DNA of 64,000 bases, from NCBI GenBank assembly GCA_964567785.1, contig CAZMOK010000003.1, positions 23,437 through 87,436 of the forward strand, written 5' to 3'. The stretch's first letter is position 1; each line of letters starts with the position of its first letter. The stretch is from an uncultured Bacteroidales bacterium. GTDB taxonomy: Bacteria; Bacteroidota; Bacteroidia; Bacteroidales; JAGOPY01. This document shows, in pieces, positions 1-9,028 of the stretch. Made by a program: the position numbers and the translations under genes. The notes under the pieces were generated by a model. The model searched no databases and was not told the origin of the DNA. It worked only from the letters and a program-made list of their open reading frames with translations.

Positions 1-1
1 G

Positions 2-115
2 CTGTACGAAAGGCTGGTAACTTCAAGAGAAGATTTCGTTTCGACATTCGACATGAAAAAATCCGTTGCTGAAGCCTGTGAGCATGTCGGAAGGATACCC
101 AATGTTCATGAATAA
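2..115 (+). CDS. C-terminal end of an ORF entering from upstream; by position probably the HoxF-like diaphorase subunit
   Basis: The frame is open from the window edge to TAA at 113-115 (..LYERLVTSREDF..GRIPNVHE*), 29 nt before hoxU. Identity rests on synteny only. Confidence 0.3.
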   Translation: MYERLVTSREDFVSTFDMKKSVAEACEHVGRIPNVHE

Positions 116-144
116 GTTTGTAAACAAAAAAGATCATTTGACAT

Positions 145-840
145 ATGGACGAAAAAATAAAATTCACGATAGACGGAAAAGAATGTTACGCAAAATCTGG
201 CCAGACTATCATAGATGCAGCCAAAGAGTGTAACGTCTTTATTCCTTCTTTGTGCCACGTTGAAGGCGTGAAGCCTGCGGGTTCCTGCCGGATCTGTAAC
301 GTTAAGGTGAATGGCAGGTACATGACTGCCTGCTCTACCCCTGTTTCAGAAGGGATGGTTGTTGAAAACAACACTGAAGAGCTCAACGAGGTGCGTAAAA
401 CGCTTATCGAAGTTCTTTTTGTTGCCGGTAACCACTTCTGCCCGGCCTGCGAAAAAAGCGGTAACTGTGAACTACAGGCTCTGGCATACAAGTACAAAAT
501 GATGGTGCCGAGGTTCAGGTATGAATTCCCGATGAAGGGTGTGGATGCCGAAAGCAATCTTATTTACCACGACCGCAACCGTTGTATCATGTGCAAAAGG
601 TGCATCAGAACGGTACAGAAAGACGGCAAGAACGTATTTGCATTCAAGGACCGCGGCGGAGATCATCTTCGTGTAGTCCTCGACCATGAGCTGGCAAATC
701 AGCTTACCGAAGAGGAAGCCCTTGAAGCGATGGAGATCTGCCCGGTAGGCGCTATCCTGAAGAAAGAAAGAGGCTACTATTCACCTATTGGTAGCCGTAA
801 ATATGACAATGCAGTTATAGGCAGTGATATTGAAAAATAA
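145..840 (+). CDS. hoxU: NAD-reducing hydrogenase diaphorase subunit HoxU (2Fe-2S plus 4Fe-4S ferredoxin-like, NuoG N-terminal type)
   Basis: It has the 2Fe-2S pattern CHVEGVKPAGSCRICNVKVNGRYMTAC. Fe-S cysteine clusters CPACEKSGNC, CIMCKRC and CPVGA are present. It sits directly upstream of hoxY and hoxH. Confidence 0.85.
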   Translation: MDEKIKFTIDGKECYAKSGQTIIDAAKECNVFIPSLCHVEGVKPAGSCRICNVKVNGRYMTACSTPVSEGMVVENNTEELNEVRKTLIEVLFVAGNHFCPACEKSGNCELQALAYKYKMMVPRFRYEFPMKGVDAESNLIYHDRNRCIMCKRCIRTVQKDGKNVFAFKDRGGDHLRVVLDHELANQLTEEEALEAMEICPVGAILKKERGYYSPIGSRKYDNAVIGSDIEK

Positions 841-866
841 GTAATGATATTAAAAACAATCCTGAT

Positions 867-1415
867 ATGAGTAAACCAATAGTTGCCACTACATCACTTG
901 CAGGATGCTTTGGCTGTCACATGTCGCTTCTCGACATCGACGAACGCATTCTGGAGCTGATAGAACTCGTAGAGTTCAATAAATCACCGGTAGATGATAT
1001 AAAAACATTTACCAAGCAATGCGACATAGGCCTGATCGAAGGAGGATGCTGTAACAGCGAAAATGTTGAAGTCCTGAAGGATTTCAGAAAAAACTGCAAG
1101 ATCCTCGTTTCAGTTGGAGAATGTGCCATTATGGGAGGGCTGCCGGCGCTCAGGAACGGGATACCCGTTCAGGAATGCCTGGACGAAGCCTATCTCAACG
1201 GTCCAACTGTAGGGCTGAACAAGGAAAAGATAATGCCCAATGATGATGAGTTGCCCATGATACTCGACAAGGTGTATCCCTGTCACGAAATAGTCAAGAT
1301 CGATTATTATTTACCGGGATGCCCGCCACGTGCCGACCTTATTTGGAATGCACTGGTTGCTCTGGTAACGGGTGACGAGATGAAACTCCCTTATGAGGTT
1401 GTAAAATTTGACTAA
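867..1415 (+). CDS. hoxY: [NiFe] hydrogenase small subunit, HoxY type
   Basis: The N-terminal AGCFGCHMSLLD motif and the C-terminal GCPP motif are typical of short group-3 small subunits. Size is 182 aa and it abuts hoxH. Confidence 0.85.
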   Translation: MSKPIVATTSLAGCFGCHMSLLDIDERILELIELVEFNKSPVDDIKTFTKQCDIGLIEGGCCNSENVEVLKDFRKNCKILVSVGECAIMGGLPALRNGIPVQECLDEAYLNGPTVGLNKEKIMPNDDELPMILDKVYPCHEIVKIDYYLPGCPPRADLIWNALVALVTGDEMKLPYEVVKFD

Positions 1416-1428
1416 AAGGAGGAAAAAA

Positions 1429-2880
1429 ATGTCGAAAAAGATCACTATAGAACCTGTAACCCGTGTTGAAGGACACGGAAAGGTTACCATACACCTGGAC
1501 GACAAAAACCAGGTTGACCAGACAAGATTGCACATTGTGGAATTCCGGGGCTTTGAAAGGTTCGTTCAGGGTAGGCCATACTGGGAAGCCCCTGTGCTTG
1601 TACAGCGCTTATGCGGCATCTGCCCCGTAAGCCACCACCTGGCTGCCGCCAAGGCACTTGATGTTATCGTAGGCGCCGGAACGGGCGACGGACTCACCCC
1701 CGCGGGGGAGAAGATGCGCCGTCTAATGCACTACGGCCAGATGTTCCAGTCGCATGCATTGCACTTCTTCCACCTTGTTTCACCCGACCTTCTATTCGGG
1801 ATTGATGCCGACCCGGCCATCAGGAACGTGATCGGAGTGGCCATGGAACATAAAGACCTGGCTGTGCAGGGCGTAATGATGCGTAAGTACGGACAGGAAA
1901 TCATCAAAGCAACCGCAGGAAAGAAGATCCACGGTACGGGTGCCATCCCGGGAGGTATTAACAAACACCTCACGCAGGAAGAAAAAGACTTCTTTATTAA
2001 CGGGCCCGATCCGATGAACATTGACAAGATGATCGAATGGTCGCAGGGCATCATAGATTTCTTCAAGGATTACTATAAGAAGAATAAGGATTTCATCGAC
2101 AATTACGCATATTTCCCGTCAAATCACCTGAGCATCGTCCGTAAGGATGGTGCGCTTGATCTTTATCACGGGGTGCTGCGTGCGGTCGATGCAGAAGGTA
2201 ATAAGATCCTTGATGATGTTGACTACCAGGATTATACCGAATATATTGAAGAAGAGGTAAGGGACTGGAGCTATATGAAGTTCCCCTATATCAAGCACCT
2301 TGGTAAGGAGAAGGGCTGGTACAGGGTTGGACCGCTTGCAAGGCTCAATACCTGCGATTTTATCCCCAGTCCGTTGGCTCAGAAGGAGTTTGAAGAATAC
2401 AAAGCTCTAACAAAAGGAAAGCCGAACAACTATTGCATGCACTATCACTATGCAAGGCTGATCGAGACTCTTCACTCTGCAGAGATGATGAAGGAATTGC
2501 TTAACGATCCGGACCTCATGAAAGGGGAGCTTACTACAAGGGGCGAGAAACGTTCAGAAGGTATAGGGCTCCTGGAAGCTCCAAGAGGAACGTTGTTCCA
2601 CCACTACGCGGTAAACGAGCATGACCAGATCACCATGGCCAATCTCATTGTTTCCACAACAAACAACAATGAGCCTATGAACCGGTCGGTGAACAGGGTT
2701 GCCAATTCCTGGATGAACGGACAGGAGGAGATAACCGAACCTATGATGAATGCTGTTGAAGTGGCAATAAGGGCCTATGACCCATGTCTGAGCTGTGCAA
2801 CACATGCGCTTGGCAAGATGCCGCTGGAAATAGCACTGTACGATTCTCAGAATATCTTGATCGACAAGAAACGGAGATAG
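1429..2880 (+). CDS. hoxH: [NiFe] hydrogenase large subunit, HoxH type
   Basis: Motifs present are RVEGHGKV, the L1 site RLCGICPVSHH and the C-terminal L2 site DPCLSCATHA. I chose ATG 1429 (preceded by AAGGAGG) over the TTG at 1408 used by the ORF track. Confidence 0.92.
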   Translation: MSKKITIEPVTRVEGHGKVTIHLDDKNQVDQTRLHIVEFRGFERFVQGRPYWEAPVLVQRLCGICPVSHHLAAAKALDVIVGAGTGDGLTPAGEKMRRLMHYGQMFQSHALHFFHLVSPDLLFGIDADPAIRNVIGVAMEHKDLAVQGVMMRKYGQEIIKATAGKKIHGTGAIPGGINKHLTQEEKDFFINGPDPMNIDKMIEWSQGIIDFFKDYYKKNKDFIDNYAYFPSNHLSIVRKDGALDLYHGVLRAVDAEGNKILDDVDYQDYTEYIEEEVRDWSYMKFPYIKHLGKEKGWYRVGPLARLNTCDFIPSPLAQKEFEEYKALTKGKPNNYCMHYHYARLIETLHSAEMMKELLNDPDLMKGELTTRGEKRSEGIGLLEAPRGTLFHHYAVNEHDQITMANLIVSTTNNNEPMNRSVNRVANSWMNGQEEITEPMMNAVEVAIRAYDPCLSCATHALGKMPLEIALYDSQNILIDKKRR

Positions 2881-2893
2881 GGGCGGCAGAAAA

Positions 2894-3394
2894 TTGAATA
2901 TACTTGTATACGGCTACGGGAACCCGGGGCGGAGTGACGATGGACTGGGAATAGAATTCACACAACGCTTTGAGTCCCTCACAAAGAATAAAAAGGAAGT
3001 GCACTGGTCGTTCGACTCGAACTACCAGCTCAATATAGAAGATGCAGATGCATTGGCAGGGAATGATATTGTGATTTTTGCCGATGCATCGGAAGAAGAA
3101 ATAGATGACTTTTGTATCAGCCTGGTGGATGCAAAGAGTGAAATGTCGTTTACCACTCACGCAGCATCACCGGGTTACATAGTCCACCTTTGTGAGAAGT
3201 TGTTCAATAAAAGACCGGTCGTATATCTTTTACATATAAAGGGATATGATTGGGAATTTAAAGAAGGTTTGTCGGAAAAGGCAGTGCAGAATCTTCAAAA
3301 GGCATTGGATTATATGAGTCCTGTGCTTGGCAAGCCGGAAAGATTTTTTGAAATAAAAACATTCGAAACCAAACTTTGCAGTAAAAATTTGTAA
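2894..3394 (+). CDS. hoxW: hydrogenase maturation endopeptidase (HoxW/HycI family)
   Basis: The N-terminal YGYGNPGRSDDGLG motif is present. It uses a TTG start 13 nt after hoxH. Size is 166 aa. Confidence 0.8.
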   Translation: MNILVYGYGNPGRSDDGLGIEFTQRFESLTKNKKEVHWSFDSNYQLNIEDADALAGNDIVIFADASEEEIDDFCISLVDAKSEMSFTTHAASPGYIVHLCEKLFNKRPVVYLLHIKGYDWEFKEGLSEKAVQNLQKALDYMSPVLGKPERFFEIKTFETKLCSKNL

Positions 3395-3405
3395 ATCAGA
3401 ATAAT

Positions 3406-4389
3406 ATGGATCTTTCAACAACTTACATGGGTCTTAAGCTTAAGAACCCGATCATTGCAAGCAGTTCGAAACTTACCAGCCAGATCGACCTGGTAAAGAA
3501 GTGCGCCGACTCAGGAGCGGGCGCCATCGTGCTTAAATCACTCTTCGAGGAGCAGTTACTGGCCGACAGGAACAAGCTTATGGACCAGGATCATAAATAT
3601 TTCTGGTTTCCCGAGGCAGTTGATTATATCGACAGCCATGCCAGGGAGCATGGAGTTAAGGAATATCTTAAGCTTATAGAGGATTCGAAGAAAGAGGCTG
3701 ACGTGCCGATCATTGCAAGTGTGAATTGTATCACACCAAAGGAGTGGCCGGCAATGGTGAAACATCTTGAATCATCCGGTGCCGATGGCATTGAGCTCAA
3801 TATTTCAATTTTTCCTTCGGATGAGAACATTGAAAGCTGCGACCTGGAAGAAACCTATATCAAGATACTGGAAGAGGTCAAAAAGCATGTAACCATTCCG
3901 GTGGCGGTCAAGCTCGGATCAATGCTCACAAACCCGTTCCGTACAGTCCGGAAGATGTGCGAGACCGGCATGGACGGCGTGGTCCTCTTTAACCGTTACT
4001 TCAGGCCCGACATCGATATTGACGATGAAAAGATCATAGGCGATAACATCTTCAGCAGTCCTTCAGAAACCACATTGCCTCTAAGATGGGTTTCATTGCT
4101 TTCTACAAAGGTCGACTGCGATATTTGCGCCAATACAGGAATTCATGATGCCGAAGCCATGGTCAAGCACCTCCTGGCCGGAGCATCCGCCGTAGAGATA
4201 TGTACAACATTGTACAATAACGGAATAGAATACATTGAACAGATGCTGAAAGATCTTGAGAACTGGATGTACCATAAGAATTATAAATCTGTAGCCGATT
4301 TTAAAGGCAAGATGCATAAGGATTATGGTAATGCGGCAGCATTTGTGCGGGTTCAGTTCCTGAAAAAGGCTCTTGGGGAATTGGTATAA
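3406..4389 (+). CDS. dihydroorotate dehydrogenase-like (PyrD-family FMN TIM-barrel) protein
   Basis: LKLKNPIIASSS, GADGIELNIS and the C-terminal GAS.VE.CT layout match class-1 DHOD/DPD. The canonical SCPN cysteine is replaced (NISIFPSD). Confidence 0.75.
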   Translation: MDLSTTYMGLKLKNPIIASSSKLTSQIDLVKKCADSGAGAIVLKSLFEEQLLADRNKLMDQDHKYFWFPEAVDYIDSHAREHGVKEYLKLIEDSKKEADVPIIASVNCITPKEWPAMVKHLESSGADGIELNISIFPSDENIESCDLEETYIKILEEVKKHVTIPVAVKLGSMLTNPFRTVRKMCETGMDGVVLFNRYFRPDIDIDDEKIIGDNIFSSPSETTLPLRWVSLLSTKVDCDICANTGIHDAEAMVKHLLAGASAVEICTTLYNNGIEYIEQMLKDLENWMYHKNYKSVADFKGKMHKDYGNAAAFVRVQFLKKALGELV

Positions 4390-4395
4390 TTATAT

Positions 4396-4857
4396 TCAAG
4401 GGATGTTGGCCCCGGCTTCCGGCCGGGGCTTTTTTATTTGAGCCATTCTCTTTTCCTGTTCCATAAAGTTCTTTTCGGTCAATTCAACTACCCCTTTGCG
4501 TATATCTACTTTTGAAAGGTCTGCTTTGACAGCCGCTCTTTTTGTTACCGGAATATTGTATTCCCTGGCATAAACCATTCCCTTGACTAGGTTATCGATA
4601 TTGCCTCCCTTGTCGCTGTGTGCAAGAAGTTCTTCAAGGGAGAAGGGCAGGTTGTACTCCCTTATCTGTATTAAGTTGTCGATAAGTATGTCAAGCGAAT
4701 AGCCGCTAAAACGTAATTTGATAAGCTTGATGATGGAAAGGTTGATTCCCGCCTGAGAGGCCATGTACCAGTGCAGGACAGGCACAAAATAGGCGAATAC
4801 AGCCGTTGCAATGATAAATCCGAAGACCAGTATAAACGTGATCCAGTTGCCACTCAT
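4396..4857 (-). CDS. short membrane protein resembling only the N-terminal part of flotillin-like FloA (UPF0365)
   Basis: An N-terminal TM helix is followed by SQAGINLSIIKLIKLRFSG..LLAHSDKGGNIDNLVKGMVYAREYNIPV. This parallels the FloA pattern AGV.VSI..LVGMRLR..LE.HYLAGGNVDRVV.ALI.A.RANI. It is 153 aa versus about 330 aa for FloA as I remember it. Confidence 0.5.
   Translation of the reverse strand: MSGNWITFILVFGFIIATAVFAYFVPVLHWYMASQAGINLSIIKLIKLRFSGYSLDILIDNLIQIREYNLPFSLEELLAHSDKGGNIDNLVKGMVYAREYNIPVTKRAAVKADLSKVDIRKGVVELTEKNFMEQEKRMAQIKKPRPEAGANIP
4409..4435 (+). terminator. intrinsic terminator after the hox/DHOD-like unit
   Basis: Stem GCCCCGG (4409-4415) pairs with CCGGGGC (4423-4429) and is followed by TTTTTT. 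It overlaps the 3' end of the convergent minus-strand ORF. Confidence 0.6.
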
Positions 4858-4998
4858 TTTAGTTTGCAGATTGCTTCTTTTTTCATAACAATTCTACCAT
4901 GGATATGTTGAATAATTCCTGGAAAGTCAATTATTGCAAGACCACAAGGAGAGAACCGGAAGATCAGGGGAGCAAAAGTGCTCAATATAAGCTGATTG

Positions 4999-5694
4999 TT
5001 AGTACCTGTCCCAGCGGCTGAAACCAATCATTCCGAAATTGACCGAAACAACATTGCCATAGGCCTTAAGTTCATTGGAAGGGATTTCCTCTGTGCCGAC
5101 AAAATCATTAGTGAATCCGTAATTGTACCTCATCTCTACAAAAGCCCTGATATGCTTTATGGGAAAGAAAAATCCTGCTGCGATGCTCATTCCTATGGAA
5201 GAGGGTGAAGTATTGGCAGCTACTGTTTCATTAATCTCGCTGGTTTCTTCATTAAAGCTTCTTGTGCCGTTAAGCTTGCCTGCAAGAAGGTAAGCCAGGT
5301 CAGGTCCCAGTTTCACGTGTAAACCTCTTTTCTTCTTTTCGTTCAAAACCTTATGATACTTGACAAATACAGGTATTTCAAGATAATGCAGGTTGACGTT
5401 ACCGCTGATGCTTGTCCTGTTCCCAAGTTCGTATTTTTCTTCAAAGTAATTAACTCCTCTCTGATCATAATTCACCTGGAATTGAATTGATAACCAGCTG
5501 TTTACAGGTATTTCCCCTACAAAGCCTGCGTTAAATCCCGGTTTTGCCCTGAAATCGCCCAGGATTACATTTCTTGCCCCGTTCTCTATTCTCATATTGG
5601 ACATATTGGCGCCGGCCTTGAAGCCGTATATGAACTGGGCCGAACCGGAAAAGGCTGTCAGTAATGGTAAAAACAGGATAAGGGCGAACTTCAT
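4999..5694 (-). CDS. outer-membrane beta-barrel protein (porin-family, OMP_b-brl_2-like)
   Basis: It has the signal peptide MKFALILFLPLLTAFSGSAQ, alternating beta-strand pattern and a C-terminal aromatic residue (..SRWDRY). The start was moved to the Met preceding the signal peptide. Confidence 0.65.
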   Translation of the reverse strand: MKFALILFLPLLTAFSGSAQFIYGFKAGANMSNMRIENGARNVILGDFRAKPGFNAGFVGEIPVNSWLSIQFQVNYDQRGVNYFEEKYELGNRTSISGNVNLHYLEIPVFVKYHKVLNEKKKRGLHVKLGPDLAYLLAGKLNGTRSFNEETSEINETVAANTSPSSIGMSIAAGFFFPIKHIRAFVEMRYNYGFTNDFVGTEEIPSNELKAYGNVVSVNFGMIGFSRWDRY

Positions 5695-5913
5695 AAGTAT
5701 AAATGGTACAGTACGGGTAACAGTGAGCATTACAATACTTTATTATCAGAGGAGTTATTAAATTCCTCAGCGAAGTTAAAGATATATTTTCTCATCTGGA
5801 ATTATTGGTTACTTTAACCCTAAGATAAGATTCGTGATTTTCATTGTTAAAAAGATACATAAGGTTAGACGTACCAATAATTTCTATATTTACAGCGATA
5901 AAAATTAGTTTCG

Positions 5914-6456
5914 GTGAAATATCGACATCCCATATTATCATACCTTAAGGCAGGATACCTGCTGCACCTTATCACCGCAACCGAAATAATGCTCTTTATT
6001 TTGCTGTATGATCTCTTAAGGATCGACCGTTGGCTTGCAGGGGAGTACCAGCTTCTTAAGGTTACCTCCCTTGTGCCGTTTATGCTGATGCCTGTTTTTG
6101 CGCAGCTTGATGCAAGGTCAAGGTACCAGAATTACAAGCAGATAAAGGATCAGATGTTTTGTTATGGTTTCAAGTACCGGATACTTAAACCCGTTTTAAA
6201 ATCAAGGTGCCAGCGGGATGCTGCCGGGGCAGCGGCTGAAGAACTGGGATATGGAAATGACTGCCATAAATATTTTTATGATAACGGATATCGATGGTAC
6301 CACTTGCTTCCTGATTTCGTTTTTAAAAAACCGAAGTTCATTTTTACATGGTATTTTTGGAGCTCGACTTTCCTAATGCCAGGGTATGTATCCCGATACG
6401 ACTTCAGAACAATGTCAGGGCATTGTTCGTTATGTAATTCCGGAATTAGAGTATGA
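5914..6456 (+). CDS. hypothetical membrane protein (first gene of the ABC-2 operon)
   Basis: It has a GTG start and two or more hydrophobic helices. Its stop overlaps the ABC ATPase start in ATGA. I recognised no family. Confidence 0.4.
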   Translation: MKYRHPILSYLKAGYLLHLITATEIMLFILLYDLLRIDRWLAGEYQLLKVTSLVPFMLMPVFAQLDARSRYQNYKQIKDQMFCYGFKYRILKPVLKSRCQRDAAGAAAEELGYGNDCHKYFYDNGYRWYHLLPDFVFKKPKFIFTWYFWSSTFLMPGYVSRYDFRTMSGHCSLCNSGIRV

Positions 6457-7367
6457 CCCACGGGAATGATCAAATAATAAAAGTCAATTCACTCTATAAG
6501 CATTTTAACGAGGTAAAAGCCGTTAACGACATTAGTTTTTCAGTCGATAAGGGCGATGTTTATGGCTTTCTGGGCCCTAACGGATCAGGGAAAAGCACTA
6601 CCATAAGAATGCTTCTGTCGCTTATCAGGCCGGATTCAGGTAACATTGAAATTTTTGGTAATGAACTGACAGATCATAAGCACAAGATACTTTCCAGGGT
6701 TGGGGCATTGATAGAAAAACCCGATTTCTATGAATATCTAAGCGCTGAAAGAAACCTCTGGCTTTTGGCCAGGTTTGGAGGATTCGACATCCCTGCAACG
6801 AGGATCTCTGAAGTGCTTGAGATGGTTGGCCTTAGTGAAAGAGCCAAAAGCAAGGTAAAGACCTATTCGAAAGGGATGAAACAAAGGTTGGGAATTGCCC
6901 AGGCCATTCTCCACGATCCTGAGCTGATCATTCTGGACGAACCCGGAAGCGGGCTCGACCCATCCGGCATTAAGGATATACGTGAACTGATCTTTCACCT
7001 CAACAGGGACCTCGGTAAAACCATCTTTCTTTCTTCCCATTTACTTTACGAAGTGGAGCTCATTGCAAACAAGATGATCATTATAAACAAAGGAGAAGTA
7101 GTGGTTGAAGGTGAGGTCAAAAACCTTCTCGATGCTTTTGACGTGAAGACATATTTTGGCGTTAAAGACCCACGCAGTGCATTAAACATAATTAAGGATA
7201 GTGGTATAGAAATAGAGGAAGCAGTGGTTGAGAATGGAAAGCTTGCCGTGAGGGCCAGAAGGGACCTCATCCCCGAGCTTAATAAATACCTGGCTTTAAA
7301 AGGGATGGAAGTCGAATCGATCAACCAGATACAGACATTAGAGGATTATTTCATGAACCTGACCTGA
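6453..7367 (+). CDS. ABC transporter ATP-binding protein (ABC-2 exporter type)
   Basis: Walker A is GPNGSGKSTT, the signature is YSKGMKQRL and Walker B is LIILDEPGSGLD. Confidence 0.9.
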   Translation: MTHGNDQIIKVNSLYKHFNEVKAVNDISFSVDKGDVYGFLGPNGSGKSTTIRMLLSLIRPDSGNIEIFGNELTDHKHKILSRVGALIEKPDFYEYLSAERNLWLLARFGGFDIPATRISEVLEMVGLSERAKSKVKTYSKGMKQRLGIAQAILHDPELIILDEPGSGLDPSGIKDIRELIFHLNRDLGKTIFLSSHLLYEVELIANKMIIINKGEVVVEGEVKNLLDAFDVKTYFGVKDPRSALNIIKDSGIEIEEAVVENGKLAVRARRDLIPELNKYLALKGMEVESINQIQTLEDYFMNLT

Positions 7368-7368
7368 T

Positions 7369-8205
7369 ATGCTGACCATAACCTGGCTTGAATTATATAA
7401 GGTTTTTACGCGCCCAAGGAGTTACATAGGGTTCCTGGCAATCATAATATTCGTAGCTTTTACTCATATAGCTGTTTATATGGAGGGCCAGGAGATCCTC
7501 GACTTCCTTACACAGAATCTTGAAGATGTATTTACACTGCAGGGTAACCTTATAAATGGTTATATGGTAACCTACCTGGTGCTCAACTTTATGTGGGTCC
7601 ATATTCCCCTTCTTATAGTTCTGGTTACCGGGGACCTTTTTTCAGGTGAATCCCATAACGGTACTTTCAGGTTGCTTCTTACAAGGCCTGTAACGCGCAC
7701 AAAACTGGTTAACGCAAAATTCATTGCAGCTTCCCTGTATACCGGTGCCCTTGTCCTTTTCCTTGGATTGTTCAGCCTTCCCCTCGGGCTGGTAGTTTTT
7801 GGTAAAGGAGACCTTATGGTACTCCTTGAGACGCTCAATATCATCCCTCAGGAAGAGCTGATAATGCGGTTCACTGTTGCCTTTGCTTTCGGGCTGCTGA
7901 GCATGATCACGGTCGCCTCCCTGTCACTGATGCTATCCAGTTTCTCCGACAGTTCTATCGGGCCCATATTGCTTACGATAGCTATAATTATACTTCTTAC
8001 GCTGGTTTCCTCTATCAATCTTAAAATTTTCAACCTTATCAGGCCTTTCCTGTTTACTTCTTACCTGAATTCATGGATGTACCTTTTCAGGTTTGAAATC
8101 CAGCCCATGATGCTGCTGCGTGATGCATATGTGCTGGTTGCCCATATAGTTGTTTTCTATTTTGTTACATGGTACCATTTTAACAGGAAAGATGTTTTAT
8201 CCTAA
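7369..8205 (+). CDS. ABC-2 family transporter permease
   Basis: It has about six hydrophobic helices. It starts 1 nt after the ATPase stop. Confidence 0.75.
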   Translation: MLTITWLELYKVFTRPRSYIGFLAIIIFVAFTHIAVYMEGQEILDFLTQNLEDVFTLQGNLINGYMVTYLVLNFMWVHIPLLIVLVTGDLFSGESHNGTFRLLLTRPVTRTKLVNAKFIAASLYTGALVLFLGLFSLPLGLVVFGKGDLMVLLETLNIIPQEELIMRFTVAFAFGLLSMITVASLSLMLSSFSDSSIGPILLTIAIIILLTLVSSINLKIFNLIRPFLFTSYLNSWMYLFRFEIQPMMLLRDAYVLVAHIVVFYFVTWYHFNRKDVLS

Positions 8206-8209
8206 AATT

Positions 8210-8914
8210 ATGAGAATTAAAGATTTGAAATACCTGATTTTGCTGGTTTCAGTGTTTTTTGTTTCACCTGCCTTATTATCCCAGAAAGTAGCTGATCCCT
8301 ATGCCATACTTGATAAAGTGCTTGAACACCAGGAGGGTATCAAAGAATATAAGGTGACTGTTGAGATAGATGTAGATGTTGATTTCATAAAGATGCCGGT
8401 AAAGACCGCTGAGCTCTATTTCAAACAGCCCGATAAGGTTAAATTTAAGTCGGACGAGTTCCTGATGCTCCCGAAAAGAGGTCTTAACCAGTCAATCCAG
8501 AAAATACTCAGTGAGGATTATTCAGCCGTACTTGTAGGCCAGGAGCTTATAGGCAGGGATTACCACTACATAATCAAGGTGATCCCGATGGCCTCCAACC
8601 AGGATGTAGTACTTTCAACCGTATGGGTCGATTCTACTGACTACCTTATTTCCAGGATGGAAAGCCATACAAAGTCAACAGGGACCAGTCTCATCCGGTT
8701 TGAGTATTATGAAGATCTCAAACTGCCCTCTAAAATGAGTGTGGAATTTGAAGTGAAGGAATTCAATATCCCTCTCGATTTCATCAACCGGACCATAGAG
8801 ATCGACCGGGAAAAGATGAAAAGCGATTCCCTGAAAACCGGGTTTATATATCTTCGTTTTTATGATTATGAGCTGAACCGGGCAATAGATGACAGTCTGT
8901 TTGAGGAGGAATGA
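8210..8914 (+). CDS. LolA-like / outer-membrane lipoprotein-sorting-like secreted protein
   Basis: It has the signal peptide MRIKDLKYLILLVSVFFVSPALLSQ, and AELYFKQPDKVKFKS resembles LolA-like folds. The start was moved to ATG 8210, just after the permease stop. Confidence 0.55.
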   Translation: MRIKDLKYLILLVSVFFVSPALLSQKVADPYAILDKVLEHQEGIKEYKVTVEIDVDVDFIKMPVKTAELYFKQPDKVKFKSDEFLMLPKRGLNQSIQKILSEDYSAVLVGQELIGRDYHYIIKVIPMASNQDVVLSTVWVDSTDYLISRMESHTKSTGTSLIRFEYYEDLKLPSKMSVEFEVKEFNIPLDFINRTIEIDREKMKSDSLKTGFIYLRFYDYELNRAIDDSLFEEE

Positions 8915-8934
8915 CACAGTAAATTGTCATTTTA
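8911..8934 (+). terminator. weak intrinsic terminator
   Basis: ATGACA (8911-8916) pairs with TGTCAT (8925-8930) and is followed by TTTATGATTT. The stem is short and AT-rich. Confidence 0.3.
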
Positions 8935-9028
8935 TGATTTCTTTAACATGCATTTAACATCCTGATAACTTTACTTTAAGTAATTTAGGTATTACTTTTG
9001 TTTATATTGGCGGCCAAAGTCTTATAGC

